DNA of 64,000 nt from Bryobacterales bacterium. Its GTDB lineage: Bacteria; Acidobacteriota; Terriglobia; Bryobacterales; UBA6623. Both the position numbers and the translations under genes were made by a program. The notes beneath the pieces are model-generated. The model was not told where the DNA came from and searched no databases. It was given only the letters and a program-made list of their open reading frames with translations. Shown in pieces: positions 39,350-49,346 of this stretch; within the stretch, counting starts at the first letter, position 1, and every line of letters begins with the position of its first letter. The stretch is from the NCBI GenBank assembly GCA_026713545.1, contig JAPOOG010000072.1:17411-81410 (forward strand), read 5' to 3'.

Positions 39350-40699
39350 TTATCCCGCTAACGACGAACCATACGACTCGGTCGCCTCCTGAAACCCGTC
39401 CAGCGGGGCGCCCATGGTTTCTGCGATAGACAAAAAGAGCCGAGACATCGAGCCGCCTTGGAAATCGATGGCCCGCCCGGTCTTGATCCTGCCGCCGCCA
39501 CCGCCAGCCAGAAGCAATGGATACTGCGTGCAGGTATGGCGGTTTCCGTCCCACATATCGGATCCGATCATGACCATCGAATTGTCCAGCAGCGTGCAAT
39601 CCCCTTCCTGCACTTCGTCCATCTTCTGCAGCAAATAAGCGTATTGAGAGATATGCCAGCGGTTGATGAGATGGTATTGGTGCAGCGAAATCGGTGTTTC
39701 CTTGTGGTGGCTCAATGCATGCCACTGGCCAGAGACGCCAGGCAGGAAGCTGAAGTCCATATATTTTGGGCCGTAGCTGTCAAACATGAACGTCAGCACG
39801 CGGGTCTTATCCATTCGCAAGGCCAGCACGATCAAATCAAGCATCAATCGGGTGTGTTTGCGGAAGTTCTCCGGCTGATAGAGAGCAAAATCCGGTGTCT
39901 CGCCGGCACCGCTCGGGTCATCAGCGTGATAACGCTTGGAGATGGAAGGGGCAGTCGCCTGTTGACGTTGCCAAGCGTTCTTTTCCTGCTCCAGGCGCTC
40001 GATCCGCAGCTCCAATTCGCGAATGCCCTCGAAGTATTCGGCCAAAGTCTGGCTGTCTTGCGCACTGATGCGTTTTTCAAGATCCTTGGCCTGACCGAGC
40101 ACAAAGTCGAGCACGCTCTTGTCCCGCTTCAACCAGGACTTATCGGAGAACAAAGCCGCGAACGTCATGGCGGGATCGATTTCCTTGGAAAGAGGCTTGT
40201 CAGGACCTCTCCAAGAGATGCTGGAATCATAGAAGGCACGGCCGTTTCTTGAGGGAGCAATGCCCAGCACGAGCGAACGAAACTCGGTTTGGTCGCCGAT
40301 CCGAGCGGCGATCTGCTGATCGAAAGAAATGCCTGATCGGTTATGGTCCCGCCCTCCTGGTTCGCCTGTCAGAAAGGCGGCGACCTTGCCGGCATGTCCG
40401 CGCACTTTGCTCAGATGCAGATGGGACATGTCCTGAAGGACATTGACCTTGTGCTTGATCTCTTCCAGCGGCTCAAGAGTAGGCTCGAGCTTCAGATCTT
40501 CGCCCGAACCGGAGGCTCCCCATTGATGCGTATTGACACCGAGCGGGAAGAAAGTCGTCACAAAGCGAATCGGGGCCTGAGCAGCCGCCTGCTTTGCCGG
40601 AGCCGCAGTGAGCGTCGAGACGGATTCCAGCCAAGGCAGAGTGAGGCTCACTCCCGCAGCTTTCAGGAACGACCGGCGATTCGCTTGATGGTGTCTCAT
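39350..40699 (-). CDS. DUF1552-family protein with Tat-like leader
   Basis: NRRSFLKAAGVSLTLPWLES, ISFDQ, DKSVLD, WHALSHH, TLLDNS, LLAGGGGG. Confidence 0.87.
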   Translation of the reverse strand: MRHHQANRRSFLKAAGVSLTLPWLESVSTLTAAPAKQAAAQAPIRFVTTFFPLGVNTHQWGASGSGEDLKLEPTLEPLEEIKHKVNVLQDMSHLHLSKVRGHAGKVAAFLTGEPGGRDHNRSGISFDQQIAARIGDQTEFRSLVLGIAPSRNGRAFYDSSISWRGPDKPLSKEIDPAMTFAALFSDKSWLKRDKSVLDFVLGQAKDLEKRISAQDSQTLAEYFEGIRELELRIERLEQEKNAWQRQQATAPSISKRYHADDPSGAGETPDFALYQPENFRKHTRLMLDLIVLALRMDKTRVLTFMFDSYGPKYMDFSFLPGVSGQWHALSHHKETPISLHQYHLINRWHISQYAYLLQKMDEVQEGDCTLLDNSMVMIGSDMWDGNRHTCTQYPLLLAGGGGGRIKTGRAIDFQGGSMSRLFLSIAETMGAPLDGFQEATESYGSSLAG

Positions 40700-40871
40700 G
40701 GATGATTCCCTTGGAGAAACGTCAACATGTTCGTCTGGCAGCGTTCAAACGACCGTCTCAGACAGAGCGAAGTACGCTCACATACTTGGCTAAAGTATAC
40801 ACCGGTCCAGATCTCCGAGGAAGTCGTAAGTGTGTGGTATCATAACCAGTCTGTAAAGTGAGAGGGCTGTC

Positions 40872-41459
40872 ATGTGGGGACACAAAGAAGAACCGTTACC
40901 AACGAAAACCACTACGCCGACAACCGGCCAACCAGTTTCCCGTTCCGACACGGCACAACCTTCAGGCTTGAGCGCGGCCGTCAGTCCGGCGGCCGATGTT
41001 GATCGCTCCGGGCAAGCCCAAGCGAAGATCGGAAAGACCCTCAAGCTCAAGGGTGAAATGACCGGCAGCGAAGACGTTTACGTCGATGGAGAAGTCGAAG
41101 GAACGATCGAGTTGCCTGAAAACACCTTGGTGGTCGGACCGAGCGGCAACGTTCGTGCGAAAGTGAAAGCCCGCTCAGTCACCATATTTGGTCATCTGGA
41201 AGGGAAAGTGCAGGCTGGCGAAAGGATTGAGATTCGCAAGACCGGATCGCTGGAAGGCGACTTGGTGACGCCTCGAATCGTCATCGAAGACGGCGCAGTA
41301 TTTCGGGGAAGCATTGATGTCATGAAACCTGAAATCAAAGAGAAAGTACCGCCGAAAGTGAGCAAACCCTCGCGGAGCAGACCACCGGTTGTAGCGGCAT
41401 CAAGACCCGATCGGCCAACAATCTCCACGGTCGGATCAACTGGCAACTCGGGTTCCTAG
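40872..41459 (+). CDS. Bactofilin (polymer-forming cytoskeletal protein)
   Basis: IGKTLKLKGEMTGSEDVYVDGEVEG...IVIEDGAVFRGSID beta-helix. Confidence 0.9.
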   Translation: MWGHKEEPLPTKTTTPTTGQPVSRSDTAQPSGLSAAVSPAADVDRSGQAQAKIGKTLKLKGEMTGSEDVYVDGEVEGTIELPENTLVVGPSGNVRAKVKARSVTIFGHLEGKVQAGERIEIRKTGSLEGDLVTPRIVIEDGAVFRGSIDVMKPEIKEKVPPKVSKPSRSRPPVVAASRPDRPTISTVGSTGNSGS

Positions 41460-41513
41460 GCAGCGCCCGGCAAGATCAGTCACGACAACATCAGGGAATG
41501 CAGGGAGAACAAG

Positions 41514-42191
41514 TTGGCGGAGTTCTCCGACAGGTTAGTTGATAACAGCCAGCGCGCGGCCTCACCGGGTGCGTCCATCGGGGCGGATCCGTTCGATTCA
41601 ACTCTCGCGCCAAGCTCCTCGAAGCGTTACAGCCGAGGTCTCAGATACTGCCTCTCTTCGCTGCCGGACACAGAGCACCGCCAAGTGCTTGACTTGGGCG
41701 GCTTGAGCGAATCGAGTGTCAGTTTCCTCAGTTCCTTAGGTTGCAGAATCCACGCGCTTGATTTGCTATCGTTGTTCGACGCTTATCAGGAGAAATTGCC
41801 GGGACAAAGGTTTAGTCCAGCCGACGCCAATTCATTCATCAAAGAATATCTCGGATACCCACCCGCGACCTTTGACATCATCCTCGTCTGGGATGTGATC
41901 GAATTCTTTGACACGGAAGTGCTCAAGCTTGCCGTGTCTCAATTCGGCCGGATTTTGCAACCCGGCGGGTCGCTGTTAACCTTTTTTCACACCAGGTCAA
42001 AGGGAATATCCGTCACGTCGAACCAGTATCAGATCGAAGATGCAGACTATCTCCGGATCCGGGAACGGCATCGAAGGCCGCTGTCCCATACCTTCAATAA
42101 TCGAAGTCTGGAGCGACTGTTCGGCGGTTTCGGTTCGCTGAAGTTTTTTTTGACACACGACAGCATCCGAGAGGTAATCGTAATACGCTAA
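41514..42191 (+). CDS. Class I SAM-dependent methyltransferase-like protein
   Basis: VLDLGG, FDIILVWDVIEF, ILQPGG. Confidence 0.65.
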   Translation: MAEFSDRLVDNSQRAASPGASIGADPFDSTLAPSSSKRYSRGLRYCLSSLPDTEHRQVLDLGGLSESSVSFLSSLGCRIHALDLLSLFDAYQEKLPGQRFSPADANSFIKEYLGYPPATFDIILVWDVIEFFDTEVLKLAVSQFGRILQPGGSLLTFFHTRSKGISVTSNQYQIEDADYLRIRERHRRPLSHTFNNRSLERLFGGFGSLKFFLTHDSIREVIVIR

Positions 42192-42209
42192 CCTGCGTCA
42201 TACAGGTTA

Positions 42210-43214
42210 GTGGAGCACGCGTTCCCCAGAATCCGGCTTCTGTTTCTTCTGGCGATCACTGTCTCACCGGACCTCCCGGCAGCAGCATCGGACAGAGTCG
42301 ATGATCGCGTCCTCGGGCACGATCATTTCTATAACCTCGAGTATAAGGAAGCGATTGAAGCGAACCGTCGGCTCGTTTCACAACAGCCGGATGATCCGTC
42401 TGCGCACAATCGCTTAGCGACAGCGATTCTCTACAAAGAGCTGCTGCGACTGGGCAAGCTGGAAACAAAGGCTTTCAAAGGAGACACTCAATTTCATGCC
42501 TGGGAGAAGCCAAACGCCGACCCCAAGGTCTGGAACGAATTCAAGGGCGTTTTGCTGCGTGGACGACAGATCGCCGAAGACATACTCGAGGCGGACTCAC
42601 AAGATGTCAAGGCCCTTTTTGCGCTGTCAACCAACCATGGGCTCGAGAGCACCTATCAATTCATGGTGCGTACATCGTATTTCAGAGCACTGCAGAGCAG
42701 TAACCGCGCGGACAGGCATAGCCGTGAATCGATCAAAACTCATCCCGAGTTCATCGACGGCTATCTCATCGCAGGCACACACGAATATGTCGTTGGCAAC
42801 CTACCCTGGGCTTTGCGATTCATGGTGGCTGTGGGGGGCGTACGAGGTAGCAAGAAGAAGGGGGAGGAATATGTTCGACTTGTCGCCGAGAACGGCGATT
42901 TGGCGCGAGACTCTGCCCGTGCCTTGCTTGTGCTGTTGCTGCGCCGCGAGCAGAGGCCTCTCGAAGCCGTTCCAGTTCTCGAAGGCATCATCCGCGATTT
43001 TCCGCGCAACTACCTCATGCATCTCGAGCTTGCCGGGCTATATGAAAATGCCGGTCAAGACAACACGGCGCTCGACATCTTCCGAAATATACAGGTCAAA
43101 GTGAAGACGAACACGGACCGATTCGGACGCATGCCCACCCGCGTGCAAGAAGCGCTCGCCCGCCGAATCGCGAAAGCCGAAAGGGAAATGGGAGTCAGGT
43201 CCGGCGGCTCATAG
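42210..43214 (+). CDS. Secreted TPR-like hypothetical protein
   Basis: Signal peptide, helical repeats (PDDPSAHNRLA, FPRNYLMHLELAGLY). Confidence 0.6.
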   Translation: MEHAFPRIRLLFLLAITVSPDLPAAASDRVDDRVLGHDHFYNLEYKEAIEANRRLVSQQPDDPSAHNRLATAILYKELLRLGKLETKAFKGDTQFHAWEKPNADPKVWNEFKGVLLRGRQIAEDILEADSQDVKALFALSTNHGLESTYQFMVRTSYFRALQSSNRADRHSRESIKTHPEFIDGYLIAGTHEYVVGNLPWALRFMVAVGGVRGSKKKGEEYVRLVAENGDLARDSARALLVLLLRREQRPLEAVPVLEGIIRDFPRNYLMHLELAGLYENAGQDNTALDIFRNIQVKVKTNTDRFGRMPTRVQEALARRIAKAEREMGVRSGGS

Positions 43215-43351
43215 CACAGCCAATCGCCAACTTCTCCATGGCCTCGCCCTCATCTCTCGAATCGGCGACCCATTCACACACTCGGACTCCTGTGAGCCAC
43301 ATTGATCAACGCAAGCAGGATTGTTCCTGCCTTTCGTATGGAGGAGGGGAT

Positions 43352-43798
43352 TCACACCTGCCAGAAGGCTGCTAGTTTCCGCATCACTCGCTTCGCGTGT
43401 TGCGGGCTGCTTGCTGCGGCGAAAATGGTGTTGTCACCAGCGATCGTTCCGACTAAGCCGAGGTCGGTTTCGAAGTCCAATGCTTCTGCGACCGTTCCCG
43501 CACTTCCGGGGAGCGTCTTGACAACGATGAGGTTGCTGGCGAGCTGAAGGTCGCGGACGAGCTTTCCCAGAACCCGCCGCAGCGTGTCGCGGTTTGCTTC
43601 CGAGGGTTGGAGCACGTCGCGCTCGCGGTAGCCCTCACGGGTCTTGACAACGCCCAATTCCCGCAGATCGCGGGAGAGCGTTCCCTGGCTGGCTTGGACA
43701 CCGACGGACTTCAGGTGTCTGGCAAGGTCTTGCTGCGTGGTGACGGACCGGGAGCGTAGTATCTTTTGAATCTGCGCTTGCCGGAACGTCTTGGTCAT
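43352..43798 (-). CDS. argR: Arginine repressor
   Basis: SQGTLSRDLRELG, VKTLPGSA, GTIAGDNTIF. Confidence 0.95.
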   Translation of the reverse strand: MTKTFRQAQIQKILRSRSVTTQQDLARHLKSVGVQASQGTLSRDLRELGVVKTREGYRERDVLQPSEANRDTLRRVLGKLVRDLQLASNLIVVKTLPGSAGTVAEALDFETDLGLVGTIAGDNTIFAAASSPQHAKRVMRKLAAFWQV

Positions 43799-45183
43799 TG
43801 TGTGCGCCGCATCGCCGCCAGACGTTTGTCGGCTTCTTCGAGCGCATCGAGAAGTACGGAGGAGGCCGTACCTCCGGGAACGACGTGATTGCTCAGCGCA
43901 CTCCGTGCCGTGAGAAGATCGCGCGCCTTGTCGTCGAACTCAGAGGCGATCTCCTTCAGCTCATCCGTCGTCCAGTCCTGGGGTCTGTTGCCGGTGCGAA
44001 CGCTCTCGAGTACAAGCTTGCCCACGATCTGATGGGCGCGGTGGAAGGGGACTCCTTTTTTTGACAACTCCTCCGCGAGTGCAGTCGCGGAAACCCAGCT
44101 TTCATCAGCCGCAGCTTCCATGCGGTCAGGATGGATGGCGGCAGTCTGAACGGTAAGCTTCATGACAGCCAGGCAGCCGGAGAGCTGCGCGGCGGCGTCG
44201 AAGACAGGTTCCTTGTCTTCTTGCAAGTCTCGGTTGTAGGAAAGAGGGAGACCCTTGAGCGTCATCATCAGTGAAAGCAGGCTCCCGCTGACGCGTCCGG
44301 ATTTGCCGCGCACCAGCTCACAGGCATCGGGGTTCTTTTTCTGGGGCATCAGGCTGGAACCGCTGGTGACCTCGTCGCCCAGCTCGAGGAAGCCGAACTC
44401 CTCGCCGGAATAGAGAATCCAATCCTCGGCCAAGCGGCTGAGGTGGAGCATCGTGCCGGCCGCGGCGTAAAGGAAGTCCAAGGCGAAGTCGCGGTCGGAG
44501 ACGGCATCGATGCTGTTGGCGGAAAGCTTGCTGAAGCCCAGCTCGTCGGCCATCGCTTGCCGGTCGAAGGGGAATCCGCTGCCGGCGAGCGCACCGCTGC
44601 CGAGAGGAAGAACGTCAGTGCGGCGATAGGCGTCGTCGAAGCGCTGCCAATCGCGTGCGAACATCTCGAAGTAAGCCAGCAAATAGTGAGCCCATAAGAC
44701 AGGCTGCGCGCGCCTCAAGTGCGTGTAGCCGGGAAGCAAAGCGTCGGGCTCGCGCATTGCGAAGTCGAGCAGCACGCCCATCAACCCCACGAGAAGCTCT
44801 TGGATGGCATTGATTTCGGTCTTCATCCAGAGGCGGAAGTCGGTGGCGACTTGCTCGTTGCGGCTGCGTCCGGTGTGGATCTTTTGGCTCAAGGCGCCAG
44901 CCTTCTCGTCGAGCTTTCGAATGACGAAAGTGTGAATGTCTTCGTCTTCCGCCTCGCCGAACATATCTGTTTCTCGCGCTTCCGAAAGGATTTCGTCGAA
45001 TGCCCGGTGAACGATCTCGCGCTCCTCGCAGGTGAGAATACCGACACTCGCCAAAGCCGAAGCGAATGCTTTCGAACCGAGGATGTCCGCCTCGAGGAGC
45101 CTGCGGTCAAAATCCAACGAGCCGGAGAACTGTTCGAACAGTTCGGCCGGACCATGCTCGAATCGACCGCCCCAAAGCTTCAT
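43795..45183 (-). CDS. argH: Argininosuccinate lyase
   Basis: KLWGGRF, HTGRSRNEQVATD, GSSLMPQKKNPD, YNRDLQEDKE. Confidence 0.97.
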   Translation of the reverse strand: MKLWGGRFEHGPAELFEQFSGSLDFDRRLLEADILGSKAFASALASVGILTCEEREIVHRAFDEILSEARETDMFGEAEDEDIHTFVIRKLDEKAGALSQKIHTGRSRNEQVATDFRLWMKTEINAIQELLVGLMGVLLDFAMREPDALLPGYTHLRRAQPVLWAHYLLAYFEMFARDWQRFDDAYRRTDVLPLGSGALAGSGFPFDRQAMADELGFSKLSANSIDAVSDRDFALDFLYAAAGTMLHLSRLAEDWILYSGEEFGFLELGDEVTSGSSLMPQKKNPDACELVRGKSGRVSGSLLSLMMTLKGLPLSYNRDLQEDKEPVFDAAAQLSGCLAVMKLTVQTAAIHPDRMEAAADESWVSATALAEELSKKGVPFHRAHQIVGKLVLESVRTGNRPQDWTTDELKEIASEFDDKARDLLTARSALSNHVVPGGTASSVLLDALEEADKRLAAMRRTQ

Positions 45184-46400
45184 GATTCATCCACGCCGGT
45201 CATCACACGTGAGCGCGCTTCGATCGGCAGACCGATCAGGTTGATGAAGCCACGTGCGTCCTTCGGTTCGTAGTCTGCGCCCATGGTGAAGCTGGCGATG
45301 TCGAGTGAGTAGAGCGAATACGGTGAAGTACGGCTGAGCACATCGATGCGGCCCTTGTGGAGCCGCAAGGTGACTTCGCCGGAGACATTCTCCTGGGTTT
45401 TGTCGACGAAAGAGTCGAGCGCCTCACGGAGAGGCGTGAACCACAGCCCGTTGTACACAAGGTCGGCGTAGTCAAGCGCGAGTTTCCGCTTGCAATGAGC
45501 TGTGGCTCGATCAAGCGTGAGCGCCTCGAGCTCGCGATGGGCCGTCATGATCGAAGAGCCGCCGGGCGTCTCGTAGCATCCGCGCGACTTCATTCCGACG
45601 AAGCGGTTTTCGACCAGATCGACTCGGCCCACTCCGTTTTCGGAGCCAAGGCGGTTCAGATTCGCAAGAAGATCGGCCGCGCCAAGCGCCTCGCCGTCGA
45701 TAGATACCGGGATCCCTTTTTCGAAGCCGATCGTCACCTCGGCGGGCTCGTCGGGGGCGTCGTCCGGATCGACCGACCACGTCCAGACGGAGTGGCTCGG
45801 CGAGTTGACCGGATCCTCCAGTTCGCCGCCCTCATGGGAGAGATGCCAGAGATTGCGGTCGCGGCTATAGATCTTGGCTTTTGTGGCATCAATCGGAACG
45901 TTGTGCGACTGGGCGTAGTCGATGGCGTCCTCGCGGGATTGGATGTCCCAGATTCGCCAAGGAGCGATGACCTTCAGATGGGGTGCGAGGGCCTTGTAGG
46001 TCAGCTCGAAGCGGACTTGGTCGTTGCCTTTTCCGGTGCAGCCGTGGCAGAGGGCGTCGCAGCCGGTTTCGAGTGCGACCTCGACTTGCCGTTTCGCCAA
46101 CAGAGGCCGGGCGATCGAAGTACCAAGCAGGTACTTGTCTTCATAGACCGCGCCGGCGCGCACCACCGGCCATACATAGTCGCGCACGAACTCTTCTTGC
46201 ATGTCGTCGACAAAGATCTCGGAAGCGCCGCTGTCCTTGGCCTTCTGCTGAATACCAGCTAGCTCCTCGTCACCCTGGCCGATGTCGCCGCACACAGCGA
46301 CTACCTCGCAGTCGTACTGCTCACGCAGCCAAGGAATGATGATGGATGTATCAAGGCCCCCGGAATAGGCGAGGGCGATTTTTTTCGGGTTTTTCTCCAT
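45180..46400 (-). CDS. argG: Argininosuccinate synthase
   Basis: LAYSGGLDTS, HGCTGKGNDQVRFE, KSRGCYETP. Confidence 0.97.
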   Translation of the reverse strand: MEKNPKKIALAYSGGLDTSIIIPWLREQYDCEVVAVCGDIGQGDEELAGIQQKAKDSGASEIFVDDMQEEFVRDYVWPVVRAGAVYEDKYLLGTSIARPLLAKRQVEVALETGCDALCHGCTGKGNDQVRFELTYKALAPHLKVIAPWRIWDIQSREDAIDYAQSHNVPIDATKAKIYSRDRNLWHLSHEGGELEDPVNSPSHSVWTWSVDPDDAPDEPAEVTIGFEKGIPVSIDGEALGAADLLANLNRLGSENGVGRVDLVENRFVGMKSRGCYETPGGSSIMTAHRELEALTLDRATAHCKRKLALDYADLVYNGLWFTPLREALDSFVDKTQENVSGEVTLRLHKGRIDVLSRTSPYSLYSLDIASFTMGADYEPKDARGFINLIGLPIEARSRVMTGVDES

Positions 46401-46495
46401 GGCAACCTGTGCTTCACATGGCAGTAGAAGATTTATTTTGCTTTGCTATCTCGAAAGAATCGCTGGGAAGGCTCGTTGGTCGCCACCGTGATCCC

Positions 46496-47461
46496 TCAGC
46501 CATCCTCCTCGGTCAAGAACATCAGCAATAGAGCCTTCTGGGCATGCAACCGGTTCTCGGCTTGATCAAACACGACCGAAAAGGGCGACTCGATAACCGA
46601 GTCGGTCACCTCTTCTCCGCGAGACGCCGGGAGGCAATGCATAAAAACCGCGTTGGAAGCCGCGTGCGACATCAGTTCGTCATCGACTTGAAAATCGGCA
46701 AAGGCGGCGCCGCGTTGCTGCGTCTCGGCTTCCCAACCCATGCTGGTCCAGAGGTCGGTGTAGACCGCCGAGACACCCGACACGGCTTCGCGTGGGTCGA
46801 ACGAAAGCTCGATCTTGGCAGAGGACGTCCGCGCCAACTCGCAAGCCCTCGTGACGACTTCAGGATCGGGCCCATACTCGGGTGGAGTCGCCACGATGAG
46901 TGACACCCCCAGTCGAGCGGCGCACAACAGAAGAGAATGGCAGACATTGTTGCCATCACCGACGAAGGCCATCTTGAGGCCTTCGAGTTGGCCAAAGTGT
47001 TGCGTCAAGGTCTGAAAGTCCGCTATCGCCTGGCAGGGATGATATTTGCCACTCAGCGCATTGATGACGGGTACCGACGACCATTGTGACAACTGTTCGA
47101 GGGTCTCTTGCTTGAACGTGCGGGCCACGATCGCATCCACCCAGCGGTCTAGATTCCGCGCGATGTCCTTGACCGGCTCGCGCTCGCCGATGCGGCCGTC
47201 ACGGTGATCCTGGAACACGGTGAAGCCCCCAAGTTGCCGGATGGCGAGCTCGAAGGTCAGTCGGGTGCGCAGCGACGGCTTTTCAAACAGTAGCGCGATC
47301 GATCGCCCGGTCAAGCTTGCTGCGTAGTCGCACGGCGCATTCTTGACTCTGGAAGCTAGCCCAATCAGCGCTTGCAACTCTCCCGAGGTCAGGTCCGTGT
47401 CCGTGAGCAGGTGCGGGGCCTGTATTGATTGAACGGGGCTCTTGCTCACAGCGGAGGTCAT
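46496..47461 (-). CDS. argF: Ornithine carbamoyltransferase
   Basis: FEKPSLRTR, HPCQ, GDGNNV, YTDLWTSMG, HCLPA, QAENRLHAQKA. Confidence 0.95.
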   Translation of the reverse strand: MTSAVSKSPVQSIQAPHLLTDTDLTSGELQALIGLASRVKNAPCDYAASLTGRSIALLFEKPSLRTRLTFELAIRQLGGFTVFQDHRDGRIGEREPVKDIARNLDRWVDAIVARTFKQETLEQLSQWSSVPVINALSGKYHPCQAIADFQTLTQHFGQLEGLKMAFVGDGNNVCHSLLLCAARLGVSLIVATPPEYGPDPEVVTRACELARTSSAKIELSFDPREAVSGVSAVYTDLWTSMGWEAETQQRGAAFADFQVDDELMSHAASNAVFMHCLPASRGEEVTDSVIESPFSVVFDQAENRLHAQKALLLMFLTEEDG

Positions 47462-47480
47462 GGGATCGGCCAGCGGTCAG

Positions 47481-47518
47481 AATTAATAAATTGACACTGT
47501 AATGAATAATTACACGTT
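47481..47518. promoter_or_regulatory. Two tandem ARG-box-like operators upstream of argF
   Basis: AATTAATAAATTGACACT and AATGAATAATTACACGTT, 18 bp each, 2 bp apart, AT-rich; argR is in the operon. Confidence 0.65.
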
Positions 47519-47594
47519 CAGGCCCGCATTGCAAGCGCCTCTTGGTGGAGCGTGACAGATGCGGGACGCCGCGCCGTCGAGAACCGTCAGATCT

Positions 47595-48896
47595 TCATGC
47601 CTGAGTGATCTGGTCAAGCAGATCGTAGAACTCGGGAAAGGAAACGGATGCGGCATCGGCGTTTCGCAGTTCGGACTCGCGGTTCGCCTTCAGAGAAGCG
47701 ACCGCAAAGGCCATAGCAATTCGATGGTCGCCGAATGAATCAAGCCGAGATGCGCGGAAGGATTGCCGGCCGGGGATGCGAAGGCCATCGGGACCGACCT
47801 CTGCAAGCACACCCATGCGCGCAAGGTTGTCGGCGACGGTGGTGATGCGGTCCGTCTCTTTCAGCCGCAGCTCGCCGGCATCGCGGATGATCAACCCGTC
47901 GGCACTGGCTGCTCCGAGCACAGCGAGCATCGGGATTTCATCGATCACTGCGGCGGTCATGTCTCCTTCGATGACTCCGCCTTGCAGCGGCGCCTGTCGG
48001 GCTGACTCAGGTCCGCAAACAAGGATTCCCCCAATCGGCTCGCCATACTTGCGGCTACGATCGAGGATTTTGATGTCGGCGCCCATGCCGCAGAGCACGT
48101 CGAGTAGGGAGGTCCGTGTCGGGTTGAGCCCGAGACCTTCGATCTTCAACTCGGAGCCGGGGAGCAGCAAGGCGGCGCCAATAAAGAATGCGGAGGAGGA
48201 GATGTCGCCCGGCACCGTTAGTTCCCGAGCGGTCAACCCGGGTTGACCGAGAAGGCGGATTTCGTTGCCTTCGACCTCGACATCGGCTCCGAACTCGCCG
48301 AGGGCGATTTCGGAATGGTCTCGCACAGGGAGGGGCTCGCGCACGCTGGTCCATCCGGGTGCGGATAGGGCGGCGAAAAGAACGGCGGTCTTGACCTGGG
48401 CACTGGCAACAGGGAGTTCGTAGTCGATGGCGCTGAGCCCGCCTCCGAGGATGCGGAGGGGAGGGAAGTTGCCCTCGTGGGCATCGATGCGGGCGCCCAT
48501 CTGCTCGAGCGGAGTGATGATGCGCTTCATGGGCCTCCGGGAGAGTGATGCATCACCGGTTATTTCCGAGATGAATGGTTGCCCCGCGAGGATCCCGGAG
48601 AGCATTCGGATCGTCGAACCGGAGTTGCCGGCATCGAGTATCCCGGCCGGGGCCTTGAGCCCGGAGAGGCCGCCTCCTTCGACGATCACCTCGTTCCCGT
48701 CGCGGTCTATTGGGACGCTCAGTCTGCGGAGGCATTCGAGCGTTGCGGCGCAATCGGCGCCGGTGGAATAGTTTCGGATGACGCTGCGGCCCTCGGCGAC
48801 GGCGGCCAATATGGCGTAGCGATGGGAGATCGACTTGTCACCGGGGAGCCAGATGCGACCCTTTACGGAGCGGGCTGGTTGCAGTTTGCGCGTCAT
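47595..48896 (-). CDS. aroA: 3-phosphoshikimate 1-carboxyvinyltransferase
   Basis: PGDKSISHR, DAGNSGST, ASAQVK, IDEIP, ELRLKETDRI, GDHRIAM. Confidence 0.97.
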   Translation of the reverse strand: MTRKLQPARSVKGRIWLPGDKSISHRYAILAAVAEGRSVIRNYSTGADCAATLECLRRLSVPIDRDGNEVIVEGGGLSGLKAPAGILDAGNSGSTIRMLSGILAGQPFISEITGDASLSRRPMKRIITPLEQMGARIDAHEGNFPPLRILGGGLSAIDYELPVASAQVKTAVLFAALSAPGWTSVREPLPVRDHSEIALGEFGADVEVEGNEIRLLGQPGLTARELTVPGDISSSAFFIGAALLLPGSELKIEGLGLNPTRTSLLDVLCGMGADIKILDRSRKYGEPIGGILVCGPESARQAPLQGGVIEGDMTAAVIDEIPMLAVLGAASADGLIIRDAGELRLKETDRITTVADNLARMGVLAEVGPDGLRIPGRQSFRASRLDSFGDHRIAMAFAVASLKANRESELRNADAASVSFPEFYDLLDQITQA

Positions 48897-48906
48897 CGGG
48901 AAACGG

Positions 48907-49308
48907 CTATTGTGGGGCCTTCACCGCCCGCGATGCGAGACGGCGAACGAAGTCTACGTCGCCGTCGAGGAAGTCAAACGCCGGCAGGTCACTGCGTTGC
49001 GCCCAGCGAACCTCGGCGAACTGCTCATAGCACGGTTCGCCGTCGAAAGAAGTCACCGCGAAAAAGATCAGCTCCATCGGCTTTCGTCCCGGGTATTCAT
49101 AGTGGTAGCGCTCGATTTCCGAATCGATCCGCGCTTCGATCGACAGCTCTTCGCGCAACTCCCGCAGCAACGCCTCGGCGGGCAGCTCACCGTCTTCCAA
49201 CTTGCCTCCCGGGAACTCCCACTTGCCGTCGTAATCCTGATCGGCGCGGCGGCGGCAGATAAGAACGCGGCCATCACGCTCGATGACAGCGGCAGCGACG
49301 GTAATCAT
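48907..49308 (-). CDS. mutT: NUDIX hydrolase, MutT-like
   Basis: KWEFPGGKLEDGELPAEALLRELREEL Nudix box. Confidence 0.85.
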   Translation of the reverse strand: MITVAAAVIERDGRVLICRRRADQDYDGKWEFPGGKLEDGELPAEALLRELREELSIEARIDSEIERYHYEYPGRKPMELIFFAVTSFDGEPCYEQFAEVRWAQRSDLPAFDFLDGDVDFVRRLASRAVKAPQ

Positions 49309-49346
49309 GTCAGGAGTGCGCGGACGAGCAGAGTCCGGAGCGGCGT

